NCBI RefSeq assembly: GCF_004010195.1
Contig: NC_057714.1
Span: 15,676,738 to 15,740,737, forward strand
Direction: 5' to 3'
Length of the DNA stretch: 64,000 nucleotides
Source of the DNA: Chiloscyllium plagiosum
Taxonomy: Eukaryota
In this document: piece by piece, positions 1 through 13,439 of the stretch
How the letters are laid out: the number at the start of each line of letters is the position of its first letter
How positions within the stretch are numbered: the stretch's first letter is position 1
Notes under the pieces: model-generated
The model's input: only the letters and a program-made list of their open reading frames with translations
Told to the model about the DNA's origin: nothing
The model's database searches: none
Made by a program: the position numbers and the translations under genes

Positions 1-1269
1 TCTTGCCTACTTTGTGCGCCATATAATTTCACTCCACAGGTTTGAACAGATTGTCCACCTAATAAAATGAAACTAATGAAAACAGTACTCACTGCACAGG
101 TTATAAAAATGTTTGCGTTGAAGCAAAACCTATATTTACCAAGTATGTATCAACATAATTCAGGATCCTCAGAACTAGCTGGTATCTTATCACTTCTGTG
201 CACTTGGAAAAATAGCCCCATTAGACAAGAATACTGTCATCTCCTAAAGGGATTATAGATGAAATGCTTTTTTGACCACTTACATTACACAGTTACATTA
301 AGAGTGTTATTCTGCTTTATTGCAACTAACTGTTTGTTTTTCTAGACTAAAGCAGAGAGTTTTCTAGCCATATGACAGACAGTCTCAAATCTGAATGCAG
401 ACTTGCAACAAATAAAAAGTTCATCCTTCAGGTCATAGTACCATGTACACAATGACCTAGTGAACCGGAAATGTCACATGATGGCATTGGAAAGGGTCAA
501 TGTTTGTCCTGTGTGTAAGAGTAATTGCTGAGATGATTTATTGGTTGAGAGCATGCTGTTGCCATTTGAGAGTTTGCAGTCAAGACAAGAAAAAAAGCTC
601 AGGTAACATTTAAAGTTCAAAAAGGCAGGGAACCTTCTCTTGCTAATACTCTCAAATGCACCAAAAAGGAAGATACTCCGTAGAGACTCATAAGAAAGTT
701 TGTGGTAAACTATTAGCATTTGTTATAAGTCTTCATTGTGTATTTTAAGTAAAATTCATCCATATGAATATTTCAAGATACAATTCAAATCAGTTCGCCA
801 ATAGGAAGATTATTCAACTGAGCTGTACAGATCAAGAAAATCATAGTCCCTCCCTTAATCCATGTTGAATTAACTGATCCCAGTCAATTCATCAGTAAAT
901 GCTAAACAAAACAACATATCTTAGGACATAAATGGGACCAGATGAATCTACCTGAGCTCCCACTTTATCATAGAACCATGGAACATAGCACTGAAGGAAG
1001 GAATGTGTATCTGACTAGCTCTTAGAAAAAATAATTCTGCTTAGACATACACCCTTCATTTATAGATATGTATATTCCTCATCCTCCAGCATCATATCTT
1101 TTTACAGTTATTTGTGGAATCAGCTTCCACCATCTTTTCAAGATTCCGACAATTCTCTGATTGCAAAATGTTTTCCTTCATCTCCCCTCTACATTTTTTG
1201 CCAATTACTTTGGTTATCAGCCTAATCACCAGAAAAAAATGTTCTTCTCTATCTACTCATTCAAAACCT

Positions 1270-2030
1270 TCCATTGCCTTAAAAAAAACTCCATTAACCT
1301 TTTCTGTTCTAAGAAGGACTGTCTGATTTTTTCAAACTCTCCTTGTACCTAAAGCCTGACATCCCTGGTAACTACTCTCTCTATGCCTTTTCTAAGGCTT
1401 TCACTTTTTCTGAAGTGCAGTCTCCAGAATTGCCCATCGTCTAAAGCACCTCACATTAAACTTCCCTGCCCTAAAATCTATTTTCTATTCTGAGATCCAT
1501 TTCATCAACCTGTCTGTCATCCTGAAACCTCGAACTTTCCTCATCATACACAAATACTAAGATTTATATAATTTTCAAACGTTATCATTTGCTTCTGGTG
1601 GACTCCAGCCTGACTCTTGTTGAACACCACTGCAAACCACATCCCAGTTGAAAGAACATTCATTCACCACCAACTTTTGATTTCGGCCACTAAGCCAATT
1701 TAGTATCCTTGCTGCCTCTAATTTCCTGAACTTCTATGTTCTTATTCAGTTTCCCTGTCTGGCACTTTGTTAAATCTTCTCCAAAAGTCCATACGTAAAA
1801 TATTTACTACACTATCTTCACGAATCTTCTCTGTTGCATCGTTGTAAGACGTTAATCAAGTTGGCCATGATTTGCCTTCCACAAATCCACACTGGGTCTC
1901 CTTGATTACCGCATGTCTTATAAAATGAAAGTTTATTTTGTCTGTGATGCTGCTTTTCAATAACTTCCCCAGTAACGATGTTAGGTTGATTATTCTGTAA
2001 TTTCCTGGTTTATTTCCTCTTCCTTTTCTT
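1270..2030 (-). mobile_element. Heavily decayed CR1-type LINE RT fragment
   Basis: Patchy similarity to the CR1 RT copies elsewhere in the window (e.g. ggcactttgttaaatcttctccaaaagtccatac, the reverse of the YMDF.K.F.KV region); no intact ORF. Confidence 0.5.
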
Positions 2031-2881
2031 GAATAACAGTACAGTGTTCATGTTATTTGTCCATATCTTTCATGCAGAGCAGTCTACAATGCTTTCATTC
2101 TGCAGAAGTATGTGTTGTCTGCTTTGTTTGACAATGGACAGTTCACAAGCAAATGGTCCTTTGCCAACTAAAGCTAGCCTTTGCCTCCATAACTCCCATG
2201 GGTCCCTCCATCATTATGTGGGGCAGCCATGATGGACCAGCTGCTCTTTCTCTGTCAATCAATTTCCTTTGTTTATGTGCCTCTGGAGTCCCTTCAGTGG
2301 AACTCAGGAACAGTGAGCCCACGCTATCACAAAAACTATGGTGCTACTTGACACTGCTGAAACAATTTGAATGATCAGACTGTTCAGGCTGGGTGTTGTT
2401 TCAAGGACATCTTAGTTCCCAGGATCTGTATCAACTATTTTTTTCTCTTTTGTTCAAAGGTGTGGAGAGGGTTTGCAGCCTAAACACTTTTTCTTTTCTC
2501 TTTTGTCCCTTCCCTTATTATCCCTTCCTCAATTCTATTACATGCTAACTTCAGTGTGATAATGCTGGTGTAGATAATCCAGCCCAATGTGTTGGGAGAT
2601 TGTGAACTCCTAGACCATGAAACCTCACTTGAGATGCACTCGCAAGAAAAATAAAGGATACCTTGTAAAAATACAACTCTGGGACAAGAAAATGCATCGG
2701 ATAATTTGACCATGACAGAGTAGCTTAGCAAATACAGCTTCAGGGAGAGAGCAAAATAGAAAACAACTCCATCTCCTTCCTCAGCAACTGTTCACAGTTC
2801 TACTTTATTCCAGATAGAACTCATCTGAAAATTCACCTATAATGTTTTCGACTTCCAAAATGTTCAGAGGTCTTCCTTCAC

Positions 2882-4165
2882 CATAGAACATAGAACATTA
2901 CAGCATGGTTATGGCCCTTCAGCCCTTGATGTTGCGCTGACCCGTGAAACCAATCCGAAGCCCATCTAACCTATACTATTCCATTTTTGTCCATATGTCT
3001 ATCCCATGACCATTTAAATGCCCTTAAAGTTGGCGAGGCTACTATTGTTGCAGGCAGGGCGTTCCACACCCTTACTACTCTGAGTAAAGAAACTAGCTCT
3101 GACGTCTGTCCTATATCTATCAACTCTCAATTTAAAGCTCTGCCCCCTCGTGCTAGCCATCACTACTCAAGGTAAAAGGCTCTCCCTGTCCACCCTATCT
3201 AACCCTCTGATTATCTTGTATGTCTCAATTAAGTTACCTTTCACCCTTCTTCTCTCCAACAAAAACAGCTTCAAATCAATCAGCCTTTCTTCGTAAGACC
3301 TTCCTTCCACACTAGGCAACATCCTAGTAAATCTCCTCTGAACCATTTCCAAAGCTTCCACATCCTTCCTATAATGCGGTGACCAGAGCTGTATACAATA
3401 CTCCAAGTGCAGCCGCACCGGAGTTTTGTACAGCTGCAGCATGACCTCATGGTTCTGAAACTCAATCTCTCTCCTAATAAAAGCTAACACTCCGTATGCC
3501 TTCTTAACAACCCTATCAACTTGGATGGCAACTTTCAGGGATCCAAGTACATGGACTCTGAGATCTCTCCGTTCATCTACACTACCAAGAATCTTACCAT
3601 GAACCCAGTACTCTGCATTCCCGTTACTCCTTCCAAAGTGAATCACCTCACACTTTTCTACGTTTAACTCCGTTTGCCATCTCTCAGCCCTGCTCTGCAG
3701 TATACCCACGTCCCTCTATAACCTACAACATCCTTCGGCACTATCCACAACTCTACCGACCTTAATGTCATCTGCAAATTTACTAACCCATCCTTCCACG
3801 CCCTCATCCAGGTCATTTATAAAAATGACAAACAGCAGTGGACCCAACTCAGATCCTTGTGGTACACCACTAGTAACAGAACACCAGGATGAACATTTCT
3901 CATCAACCACCACCATCTGTCTTATTTCAGCTAGCCAATTTCTGATCCAAACCACTAAATCATCCTCAATCCTATGCCTCCATACTTTGTGCAATAGCCT
4001 ACCATGGGGAACCTTATCAAACGCCTTACTGAAATCCATATACACCACATCAACTGCTTTATCCTCATCCACCTGTTTGGTCACCTTCTCAAAGAAATCA
4101 GTAAGGTTTGTGAGGCACAACCTACCCTTTACAAAACTGTGTTGACTATCCCTAATCAACTTATT
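2882..4165 (-). mobile_element. 5'-truncated CR1/HER1-like LINE (ORF2 RT C-terminal half + 3' tail)
   Basis: ORFs 3716..4159 ([31 protein letters not shown]) and 3167..3709 (LEYCIQLWSP, VQRRFTRML); catagaacatagaaca tail at 2882-2897. Confidence 0.92.
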
Positions 4166-4259
4166 CTATTCTGCATTTAGAGATTAACACTCAACCCCAA
4201 GTACTACCTTGTGCATGCTTTCAATATCCTTTATCTACAACCCTGACTTACTCAGTTTC

Positions 4260-4440
4260 AGAGATTTCCAAACATAAGTTCCTCCTGAGGTATCAGTATT
4301 TAGCCTGGTGGGAGCTGCAAGAAAATACTCTGCTGATGTTTTCTCTGAAGACTCCAGACTCTCATCCTCAGAGGTACACAAGAACGCTTCTAGGATAGCT
4401 TGGCATTTCACCACAGCTGGCATTGAGAGGCAAGCAGAAC
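4260..4440 (-). pseudogene. Possible fragment of a Harbinger-type Myb/SANT accessory gene
   Basis: 4291-4372 aligns without gaps to 33316-33397 at roughly 60-65% identity by eye; both encode an acidic, S/T-rich peptide on the minus strand. Confidence 0.35.
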
Positions 4441-4749
4441 ATGCAAGATGAAAGAAAGTTGGAGAAGTAATTTGCATTAGTCTTCAAAGTACTGTTGAGA
4501 TAATGAAAACACTTTCAGGATGGCAACATATAACTAGTAGAGTACCACAGGGATCAAAGTTGGAGCCTGCAGTCACTGTAACTGTGTGGCAAATTGGGAA
4601 GAATGGCCGATAGTAACTACTGCAGTGTGTCAGACTGGCCTGCACTCACCATTGCAATGAGACAGAGCGGGAAGCTTAGCGCACAACCTCCATCCCAGTG
4701 AAGCAGACTGGAAGAATGGCATACAGCTTCTGTCAGTGAGGCAGCCTGG

Positions 4750-5420
4750 GAAAGACATTTGCATCAGTCTTCACGAGAGAGGACATAAGTCGTAACATGG
4801 AAACAGGCCGTAAATGAGGAATTGAAAGGCAGGGGAGGAACTCAAGACAATCACCGATGAAATAATACTCAGGGAGGCCAAAAGCAGGAAACAGCAGGCC
4901 AGTTAGCTTACCGTTTGTCATTGGAAAAACATTAAAAGCTATTATTAAATACATTATTACAGAGCACTTGCATAAACTCAAGGTAATCAGGTAGGGTCAA
5001 CATGGTTTTGTCAAAGGGAAATCATGTTTAACTAATTTGTGACCTTGTAGATATTTATAAAATCATGAGGGAAATAGATAAGGTGAATAGCAAAGGTATT
5101 TTGGGTGAGTTCAAAACTAAGGGCATTTTTTAAGCTGAGGTATTTGGATAGGTACATGAATAGGCCCTTCTTCATGCCTGAAACGTCAATTCTCCTGTTC
5201 CTTTGATGCTGCCTGACCTGCTGCGCTTTTCCAGCAACACATTTTTAAGCTCTGATCCCCAGCATCTGCAGTCCTCACTTTCTCCTAGGTACATGAATAG
5301 AAAAGATGTAGAATGATATGGGCCAAAGTGGAACACATTTAGTTTAGGGAAACTTGGTTGGCCAGGACGCATTGGACTGAAGTGTCTGCTTCTGTACAGT
5401 ATCACTCTGTGACTCTATTG
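4750..5420 (+). mobile_element. Deleted CR1 RT/3' tail fragments, interrupted by a PLE end
   Basis: caggccagttagctt and catggttttgtcaaagggaaatcatg RT segments; tail ending actctgtgactctat. Confidence 0.7.
5164..5285 (+). mobile_element. Penelope-like element terminal fragment (family A) with 15 bp TSD
   Basis: gatgctgcctgacctgctgcgcttttccagc...catctgcagtcctcactttctcc, the same terminus as 9190-9276; TSD taggtacatgaatag at 5149-5163 and 5286-5300. Confidence 0.85.
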
Positions 5421-5519
5421 CAGTTCCAACATAACTGCTAGAACGAACACTTTGTTAAAGATATCAATTCTTTTTACTGCCTTCCTGAGTGAGAATGTAA
5501 TTTAACACTAGTAATCTGG

Positions 5520-6081
5520 ATGTTCACTCATTCATGAACTGTGGGCATAATTGGCTCGGTTAACATTTACTGGCAACCCCTAATTGTCCTTGAGAACGTG
5601 GTTATGAGCTACTATCTTCAACCACTTCAGTCCATTTGGTTTGGTGTTGCTTGTAGTGCTATTAGGAATGAAACTCAAGGATTTTGACACAGTGACAGTC
5701 AGGGGCAAAAGAGAGGACTGCAGATGCTGGAGATCAAAGTCAAGATTAAAGTGGCTCCTGCCCGAAACATTGATTTTCCTGCTCTTCGGATGCTGCCTGA
5801 CCTGCTGTGCTTTTCCAACACCACTCTAATCTTGACAGTGACAGTCAAGTCAAGATGGCGTGTGGCTTGGAGAGGAGCATGCAAGTGGGAGTATTCCCAT
5901 GTATCTGCTTCTCTTGTCCTCTAGACAGTAGACATTGTGTATTTTAATCGGCTTGAGGGGCTGCTGCAGTGGAGATACATATTGTACACACAGTAAATAT
6001 CAAAAGATAGGGTGCCAATGAAGTTATCTCCTTTCTGGTGAAAGGAGTTCAGATTCCTGAATGGTGTTGGAGCCGCACTCA
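5520..6081 (-). mobile_element. Older CR1-like LINE 3' part (host of two PLE insertions; continues at 9277-10060)
   Basis: Same tail family as 23000-23120 and 57815-58650 (catttattg..catccctaattgcccttgag); ttggagc...actca resumes after the PLE at 9277. Confidence 0.6.
5702..5834. mobile_element. PLE family A fold-back mini-insertion with 13 bp TSD
   Basis: Inverted arms gtcaagattaaagtgg / ccactctaatcttgac; TSD acagtgacagtca at 5689-5701 and 5835-5847. Confidence 0.8.
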
Positions 6082-9000
6082 GAGTCAATAAAGTATGGCT
6101 CTGGAAAAAGCACAGCAGGTCAGGAAGCATCTGAGGAGAAAGAGAGTTGACGTTTCGGGCATAACCCTTCACCAAGAATGGGACGGGGGAAGGTGGATAA
6201 GACATGAATAGGAGGAGGTGGAGTGGAACTGGGGGAAAGGGAGGTGGGATGCGAGGTGATTGTGATAGGTCAGTGGGAGGTGTGGAGCAGATGGGTGGGA
6301 AGGAAGATGGACAGGTAGGACAGGTCAAGAGGGCAGAGCCAAGTCAAAGGGTTAGATCAGGAATGGGTGGGTGGGTGGGAGGGGAGATTTGGAAACAGAT
6401 GAATTCAATGTTGAGGCCATGTGATTGTAGGCTCCCGAGGCTTAAGATGAGGTGTTCCTCCTCCAGTTTGCAGGTTGCCTTGTGTAGGCAGTGGAGGAGG
6501 CCCAGAATAGAGTGAGAGGGGGAGTTGAAATGGATGGCCCCAGGAAGGTGGGGTTGGTTGGTGCATATGGAGAGGTTTCCTGAACTGTTCCGTGAGTTTG
6601 CAGTCGATCTTTTTGATGTAGAGGAGACTACATTGAGAGCAATGGCTGTAGTAAATGACATTTGAAGATATGCAAGTTGGTACCACTGACCACGGTCCCT
6701 CCACCCTCTCAGTTGCCGTCAACAATTTCACTGATAGCGTTGACTGTACTGCCTCCACAGATGCTGTCAGTCACATGACTGCCAACATCACCATTGATCA
6801 CATGACCTCTCTCACACACACTCCAGAGATAGACCCCATCCCAACTCCCAACTCCAGCTCGACAGTGACTCCAGCCCCAAGCCTGGCTAGATATTTAATA
6901 TTGCTCCCAGATCTCCTCCTCACGGAGGACGAATGGTCAGTCCTCAGTCTTCATTTCACTATGCCCCCATGTCAATGAATTCCCAATGCACTGTGATGTT
7001 GAACTCTTTTTCCATCACCTCTGCCTCCGTGCCTACTTTCTTGATCGCAACTTCCACCCACCCTCTGAAGACCCGTTCTCCTGCCTCCAACAAACTCCAT
7101 CTTCTTGGACATCCCATGCCGGCCTCTTACCCTCCCTCGACCTCTTCATCTCCAATTGCCATCACGACATTAACAGCATCAATCTCTCCACCTCTCATCC
7201 ACACCATCTTCCTGTCCTTGCAACATGCAGCCCTCCACTCTAACCCTAACCTCACTGTTAAAACAGCTGACAAGGGAGACACAGTCGTAGTAGTATGGCA
7301 CACCAATGTCTACATTGTTGAGGCCAGACACCAACTCGCTGGCACCTTCTTATTGTCCCCTCGATCACGACCCTACCTTTTATCACCAAGCCATCATCTC
7401 CAAAAGCCTTATCAGCTCAAGTGATCTCCCATTCTCAGCCTCTAACCTTGGACTGCTCAGTTCTCTTACCCAAAATCCACAAACCTGACTGTCCTGGTTG
7501 ATCAACTGTCTCCACCTGCTCCTGTTCCACTGAACTCAACCCCACTTACCTCAACTCTGTCTTATCCCCCATGGTGCAGGAACTCCCCACATATGTTTGT
7601 GACACCACTCACGCCTTCCACTTCCTCCATGACTTCCGATTCCTTGGCCCCTAACACCTCATCATCATGGACATCTAATCCCTCTATACCTGAATCCCCC
7701 TTGAGGAAGGACTAAAAGCCCTCCATTTTTTCCTCTCCTGCAGACCCACCTATTTCCCGCTCCAAAGATACTCTCATTCAATTGGCAGAACTGGTCTTCA
7801 CCCTTAACAACTTCTCCGTTCAATCCTTGCACTTCCTACAAACCAGTCAGGTGGCTATGTGTACCTGTATGGGCGCCAGTTATGCCTGCCTCTCCGTAGC
7901 ATATATGGAACAGTCCCTCTTTCATACCTACAGTGGCACCATTCCTATTCCTACCTTTCCTCCACTATACTGATGACTGTGTTGGCGCTGCCTTATGCTC
8001 CCATGAGGAGCTTGAACCGTTCACCCACTACACCAATATCTTCCACCCTGACCGCAAGTTCATCTGGACCACCTCTGACACCTCCCTCCCCTTCCTGGAC
8101 CTCTCTATCTCCAGTGACTGAGTTAACACTGACATCTACTTTCAACCCACTGACTCCCACAATTTGTCTTGACTATACCTCCTCCCAGTCCCCACCTGTA
8201 AAAACACAATCCTTTACTCCCAATTCCTCTGTCCCCACATATCTGCTCTCAGGATGAGTGATTCCACTCCAGAACATCCTAGACATCCTACTACTTCCAG
8301 AACCGAAATTTCCCCTCCCCTGTTATCAACAATGCGCTCCACTGCATCTCCTCCATTTCCCGCACATGTGCCTTTGAACCCCATCCCAGCCAATCACAAA
8401 AAGGATAGAATCACCCTGATCCTCACGTTCCACCCCACGAATCTCCAAATCCAGTGTATCATCCTCCGCCATTTTTGCCATCGATAGGCAGACCCCAGCA
8501 TCAAAAATATATTTCCATTCGCCACCCTTATCTGCTTTCCGTAACACAACTCCCCCATTAGGTCCACACTGCCCACCAAATCCCTCTCCATACCCGGCAC
8601 CTTCGCCTGCCGCTGCAGGACCTGCACATAAACCTCCCCCCTCCCCCATCTCTGTCCAAGGCCCCAAAGGATCACTCCAAATCTGGCAGAGATTTACTTG
8701 CATATCCTTAAAACCTCATTTACTGCATCCAATGCTCTCAATGTGGTTTCTCCTACATTGGAGAGATCAAGCACAAACTCGCGGAATGGTGCAGGGAACA
8801 TCTCTGGTCTATACGCACGATCCAACCCTACCTTCTTGTGATCATCCAGTTCAACTCCCCCTCCACTTCCCCGATTATATGTCCGTTCTGGGCCCCATCC
8901 ACCATCTAAACAAGGCAAACTGCAGGAAAAATGACTCATTTTCTGCCTCAGGAGCATATAGGCATATAGCCTCAACATTGAATTCACCAGTTTCCAAGTC

Positions 9001-9276
9001 TCCCCTCCTCCCACCCCATCCCAGATTCAATCCAACTCAGCTCCACCCTCTTGACCTGACCATCTGTACATCTGTACATCTTCCTTCCTACCTGCTCAAT
9101 TCCCACTAACCTAATTTCTTTCTCATTCCCTTTCCCTCTCCCCAGTCCTGATGAAGTGTTATGACTGACATGTCAACTCTCTTTATCCTCAGATGCTGCC
9201 TGACCTGCTGTGCTTTATCCAGCACCACACTTCATCAACTCTGACTTATTCAGCATCTGCAGTTCTCACTACCTCC
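6082..9276 (+). mobile_element. Penelope-like retroelement, decayed, with inverted 5' pseudo-LTR/GIY-YIG segment
   Basis: 6082-6660 is an inverted copy of the 3' region (GIY-YIG + terminus); the forward body carries RT and GIY-YIG motifs; degenerate TSD ttggagccgcactca / ttggagctatactca. Confidence 0.9.
6890..9000 (+). pseudogene. PLE reverse transcriptase + GIY-YIG endonuclease, frameshifted
   Basis: LTVKTADKG, MDI*SLYT*IP (~7670), VAMCTCMGASYA (~7850), HYTDD (for YIDD, ~7970), LPFLD (~8090), LIYCIQCSQCGFSYIGE (~8715-8765); many stops and frameshifts. Confidence 0.88.
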
Positions 9277-10060
9277 TTGGAGCTATACTCAACCAGGCAT
9301 ATTAAAAGAATCTTATCATATTCCTGCCTTGTGGATTATGGACAAGAATTTGACAGGTTATGATGTGAATTACTCACTACAGAATTCCAATCAGCTGTTC
9401 TACTCTTTAAGCCATTGTATTTATATGGTTTACCCAGTTTAGTTTCCGATGAGTGTTAATTTCCAAATGATAAGTAATGGGGAATCAGCAGTTGTGATGC
9501 CATTGAATGTGAAGGAGTGATGGTTGGATTCTCTTGTAGAGGAGGTCCTTGCCAAGCATTTGTGTGGCATAAATGTTGTCTTGATCTTGATGCTTTTACA
9601 TAGTAAAGCTTCATTACCCGAGGAGTTACAAATGGTGCTGAATATTATGCAAACATTAGCAATCACTCTCATGTCTGACCTAATAATGGAGTAAGGTCAT
9701 TGATTAAGCAGCTGAAGATGGTTGGAGCTGTAACATTGCCCTGAGGAGTTCCTGCAAGATGTTTAGGGATTGAAATGATTGACCTCCAACTAACACAACC
9801 ATTTTCCTTTGTGCTTGATATGACTCTGACCAGCAGAGAATTTTCCCCTGATTCCCATTGACTCCAAATTTGGTTCGGGCTTCTTCTTGCTACACTCAGC
9901 TAGTTTTTGTGCTTAATGTCATGGGCAGTCAGCTTGACTTCCCCTTTTGAATTCAACTTTTTTGTTCATGTTTGGACCAAGTCTGCCATGAAGTCAGAAG
10001 CTGAGCGAGCCCAGCAGAACTCAAACTGTTCATCAGTGAACTGGACATTGATGTGTCAGT
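9277..10060 (-). mobile_element. Older CR1-like LINE RT fragment (continuation of 5520-6081)
   Basis: cattgccctgaggagttcctgcaagatg (reverse of ..GTPQGNV), gtctgccatg, gcaaacattagcaatc RT segments. Confidence 0.6.
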
Positions 10061-11029
10061 GACTGGAGTGATGTCTCTGTATGTTACTGGACATGGGGAA
10101 CCATGTTGGCTTGCTTTGTCACTTATTTTCATACAATGTGCACTACTGGCTTTTCAAGGATTGTATCTTCTGTATCAATTGTTATCAGTAAAGGGGACAG
10201 ATTGATGAGTATCAGATCAACCATGGTCTCATTAAATGGTAGTGTAGAACTGATGGACTGAATATCCTGCTACTGCTCTTATATCTTTTGGTTTTAATTG
10301 GCCCATGTAATTTACAGTAATGTACTACTAGCACGGAAAATGATCCATCTTCAAATGTCATGAAAAATTCCAGAAAGTTTTTGTTATTGCCTGCTCCTCA
10401 GTTTATAGTCCTGCCTTTCACTTATACATTCAAGGATCTAGACAAATAAGGGACTTGCAGCACAAAATTTGGAATTTCTCAACCCCCACAGCACAGGCAT
10501 GAGTATATCTCATAACTCCAGTTTTGTCAGGTTCACACGCACAGAAGTAAGGAGAAAGTGGCAGCTGCACAGTTGGTACTATTCTGAAAAGTAGCAAAGT
10601 AAGTTGGCCATGAAAAGCACTTTAAATGCTATGAAGAAACAATCGGATGTTTTACAAGACCCGACACTGCTGTCACAATGAACACTTTATGAAACAACAA
10701 AGCAATTAAATGGGGGAAAAGAATATAATAGAAGCTGGTTATATGACAGCAAAATCAATAATAACTGGATAATGATAACTTCACTTTTTTTGCAAAACCC
10801 AGTGGCACTATTCCAAGACTGAATGAAAATAATAGGTGGAAATAAATTATTTGCTTTAGGTGCCTACATTTACAAAATGGAAAATACATTTACTGGTGCC
10901 TGTTTATTTTTGATTCACCAGCCACACATGCATTTTATTTATCAGTCCCTGGAAAAACGTATACTTGTGATGACATTCCTAATGCCAGATATTAATTGTG
11001 CAGGTCTACAAGTATCACTTTTCTCACCA

Positions 11030-11271
11030 GGGTAAAAACAATGACTGCAGATGCTGGAAACCAGAGTCTAGATTAGAGTGGTGCTGGAAAAGCACTGCAG
11101 TTCAGGCAACATCCGAGGAGCAGGAAAATCGATGTTTCGGGCAAAAGCCCTTCATCAGGAATAGACAGTCTATTCCTGATGAAGGGCTTTTGCCCGAAAC
11201 ATCGATTTTCCTGCTCCTCGGATGTTGCCTGAACTGCAATGCTTTTCCAGCACCACTCTAATAATCTAGAC
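11030..11271. mobile_element. PLE family A near-perfect palindromic mini-element with ~15 bp TSD
   Basis: 95 bp arms (11072-11166 / 11168-11262) around a 1 nt centre at 11167, one mismatch; TSD tcacttttctcacca 11015-11029 / tcacttttctaacca 11272-11286. Confidence 0.92.
11172..11207 (+). ncRNA. Minimal hammerhead ribozyme motif (mirror copy at 11127-11162 on minus)
   Basis: CUGAUGA-A-GGGC(UUUU)GCCC-GAAA-C-AUC; the helix III palindrome ACGU has become ACAU. Confidence 0.6.
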
Positions 11272-11733
11272 TCACTTTTCTAACCAAACAGCAGCTCAGC
11301 AGCAACGAGGAAAATGTTTGTTATGTGAAAGAGCTCATCGCTTGTTATGGGAAATTCTGATGCCATTTGTTCAGAGTATCTCCGAAGTTCTCTATGGTTC
11401 AACTTGCCCCTTGTTACTTTTCGGTAAATTTGATGTCATAAACCTTTCTAAGGCTGGGGGGAGCACTTTAGGTAATATAGAATTAAACAATTTTCCCTCT
11501 TACATGTTGAATAATTTCATAGCAATAAAAAGCAGAAATATCTTCCACACTGTAAGGAATCTAATCTAATCTAAAACATCCCAGTAAATTAAATGCACCA
11601 CAGTGGTGAATTTATTTCAGAAACTGAAACTTCACAGAGTCCTATGCTCAATGGTAGTTTGTTAGAATTAGAAGAAAATTAGAAAGTTCACAGAGGAATT
11701 GGAGTTTGTCAGTGTTGTTTGGATATGGTGTGT

Positions 11734-11819
11734 GGTGGAAATGTGTTGCTGGAAAAGCGCAGCAGGTCAGGCAGCATCCAGGGAACAGGAGAATCGACGT
11801 TTCAGGCATAAGCCCTTCT
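11734..11819 (-). mobile_element. PLE family A terminal fragment with 16 bp TSD
   Basis: TSD tttggatatggtgtgt at 11718-11733 and 11820-11835. Confidence 0.85.
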
Positions 11820-12261
11820 TTTGGATATGGTGTGTCCAAAACAGAGTCGGAAATAGAGCCAGTCAGTGGCTTTCTTTTTAAAGAGAGTGAGTTCTCTTTT
11901 TAAAGAGAAAGTCGATGCGCTTTTGAGAAAGCAATAGAAGATATGGGAAAGGAGAAGATAAAGAGCACTTTAAGACAGCAAGCAAGATAGATTCATTGAC
12001 CTACTTTTATGCTGTAAAATTAAAAAGTCAGAAATCTTCCATTTCCAGTTGAAGAGAGATAGTGGGCAAGTTTCATAGTGTCATCTCGCCATGGCTCAGG
12101 GCAAGTTATCTAACGCAATGTTCCACTTTTCACCTCCTCAAATATGCGAGCTGTATTTTGGATGTGTTATTTGAATTTTGGGGCAAGCAAGATAGAACTT
12201 CTTGCCACGTCTAGCAACTTCCAGCTTCCAAAAGTGTGTCACCATATTTAAATGTGGTGGA

Positions 12262-13362
12262 ACGAAGAGGATTAATGAGGGTAGAGCGGTGGACGTGATT
12301 TATATGGACTTCAGTAAAGCATTCCACAAGATTCCCTATGGGAGACTGATTAGCAAGGTTGGGTCTCATTGAATACAGGGAGAACTAGCCATTTGGATAC
12401 AGAACTGGCTCAAAGGTAGAAAGCAGAGGGTGGTGGTGGAGGGTTGCTTTTCAGACTGGAGGCCTGAGATCGGTTCTGGCACCTCAATTTGTTGTCATTT
12501 ACATAAATGATTTGGATGTGAGCATAAGAGATACAGTTAGTAGGTTTGCAGATAACACCAAAATTGGAGGTGTAGTGGACAGCGAAGAGTGGCAGATGGA
12601 GTTTAATTTAGATAAATGTGAAGTGCTGCATTTTGGGAAAGCAAACCTTAACAGGACTTATACATTTAATGGCAAGGTCCTAGGGAGTGTTGCTGAACAA
12701 AGAGACCTTGGAGTATAGGTTCATAGCTCCTTGAAAGTGGAGTCGCAAGTAGATAGGATAGTGAAGAAGGCGTTTGGTATGCTTTCCTTTATTGGTCAGT
12801 GTAATGAGTACAGGAGTTGGGAGGTCATGTTGCAACTGTACAGGACATTGGTTAGGCCACTTTTGGAATATTGCATACAATTCTGGTCTCCTTCCTATTG
12901 GAAAGATGTTGTGAAACTTGAAAGGGTTCAGGAAAGATTTGAGCTATAGGGAAAGATTGAATAGGCCGAGGCTGTTTTCCCTGGAACATCGGAGGCTGAG
13001 GGGTGACCTTATAGAGGTTTATAAAATCATGACGGGCATGGATAGGATAAATAGACAAAATCTTTTCCCTGGGGTGGGGGAGTCCAGAACTAGAGGGCAA
13101 AGGTTTAGGGTGAGAGGGGAAAGATATAAAAGAGACCTAAGGGGCAACATTTTCACACAGAAGGTGGTACGTATGTAGAATGAGCTGCCAGAGGAAGTGG
13201 TGGAGGCTAGTACAATTGCAACATTTAAACGGCATCTGGATGGGTATATGAATAGGAAGGGATTGGAGGGATATGGGCCGGGTGCTGGCAGGTGGGACTA
13301 TCTTGGGTTGGGATGTCTGGTCAGCATGGATGGGTTGCTTTCGTGCTGTACCTCTCTATGAC
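12262..13362 (+). mobile_element. 5'-truncated CR1/HER1-like LINE
   Basis: ORFs 12512..12718 (RFADNTKIGG), 12731..12949 (LEYCIQFWSP), 12918..13178 (RRLRGDLIEVYKI); tail ctctatgac. Confidence 0.9.
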
Positions 13363-13439
13363 ACGACTTCATATGCTCTAAGCAAAGTACAACCTTCACT
13401 CTGTGCTGCTTGCCCCAGATCTGTCAAGGCTCGACACAG

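Noticed and set aside
9146-9180. Functional hammerhead at the 3' end of the large PLE
   Set aside because: GAAA is mutated to GACA and helix II is disrupted; the inverted copy at ~6150-6177 has lost CUGA.
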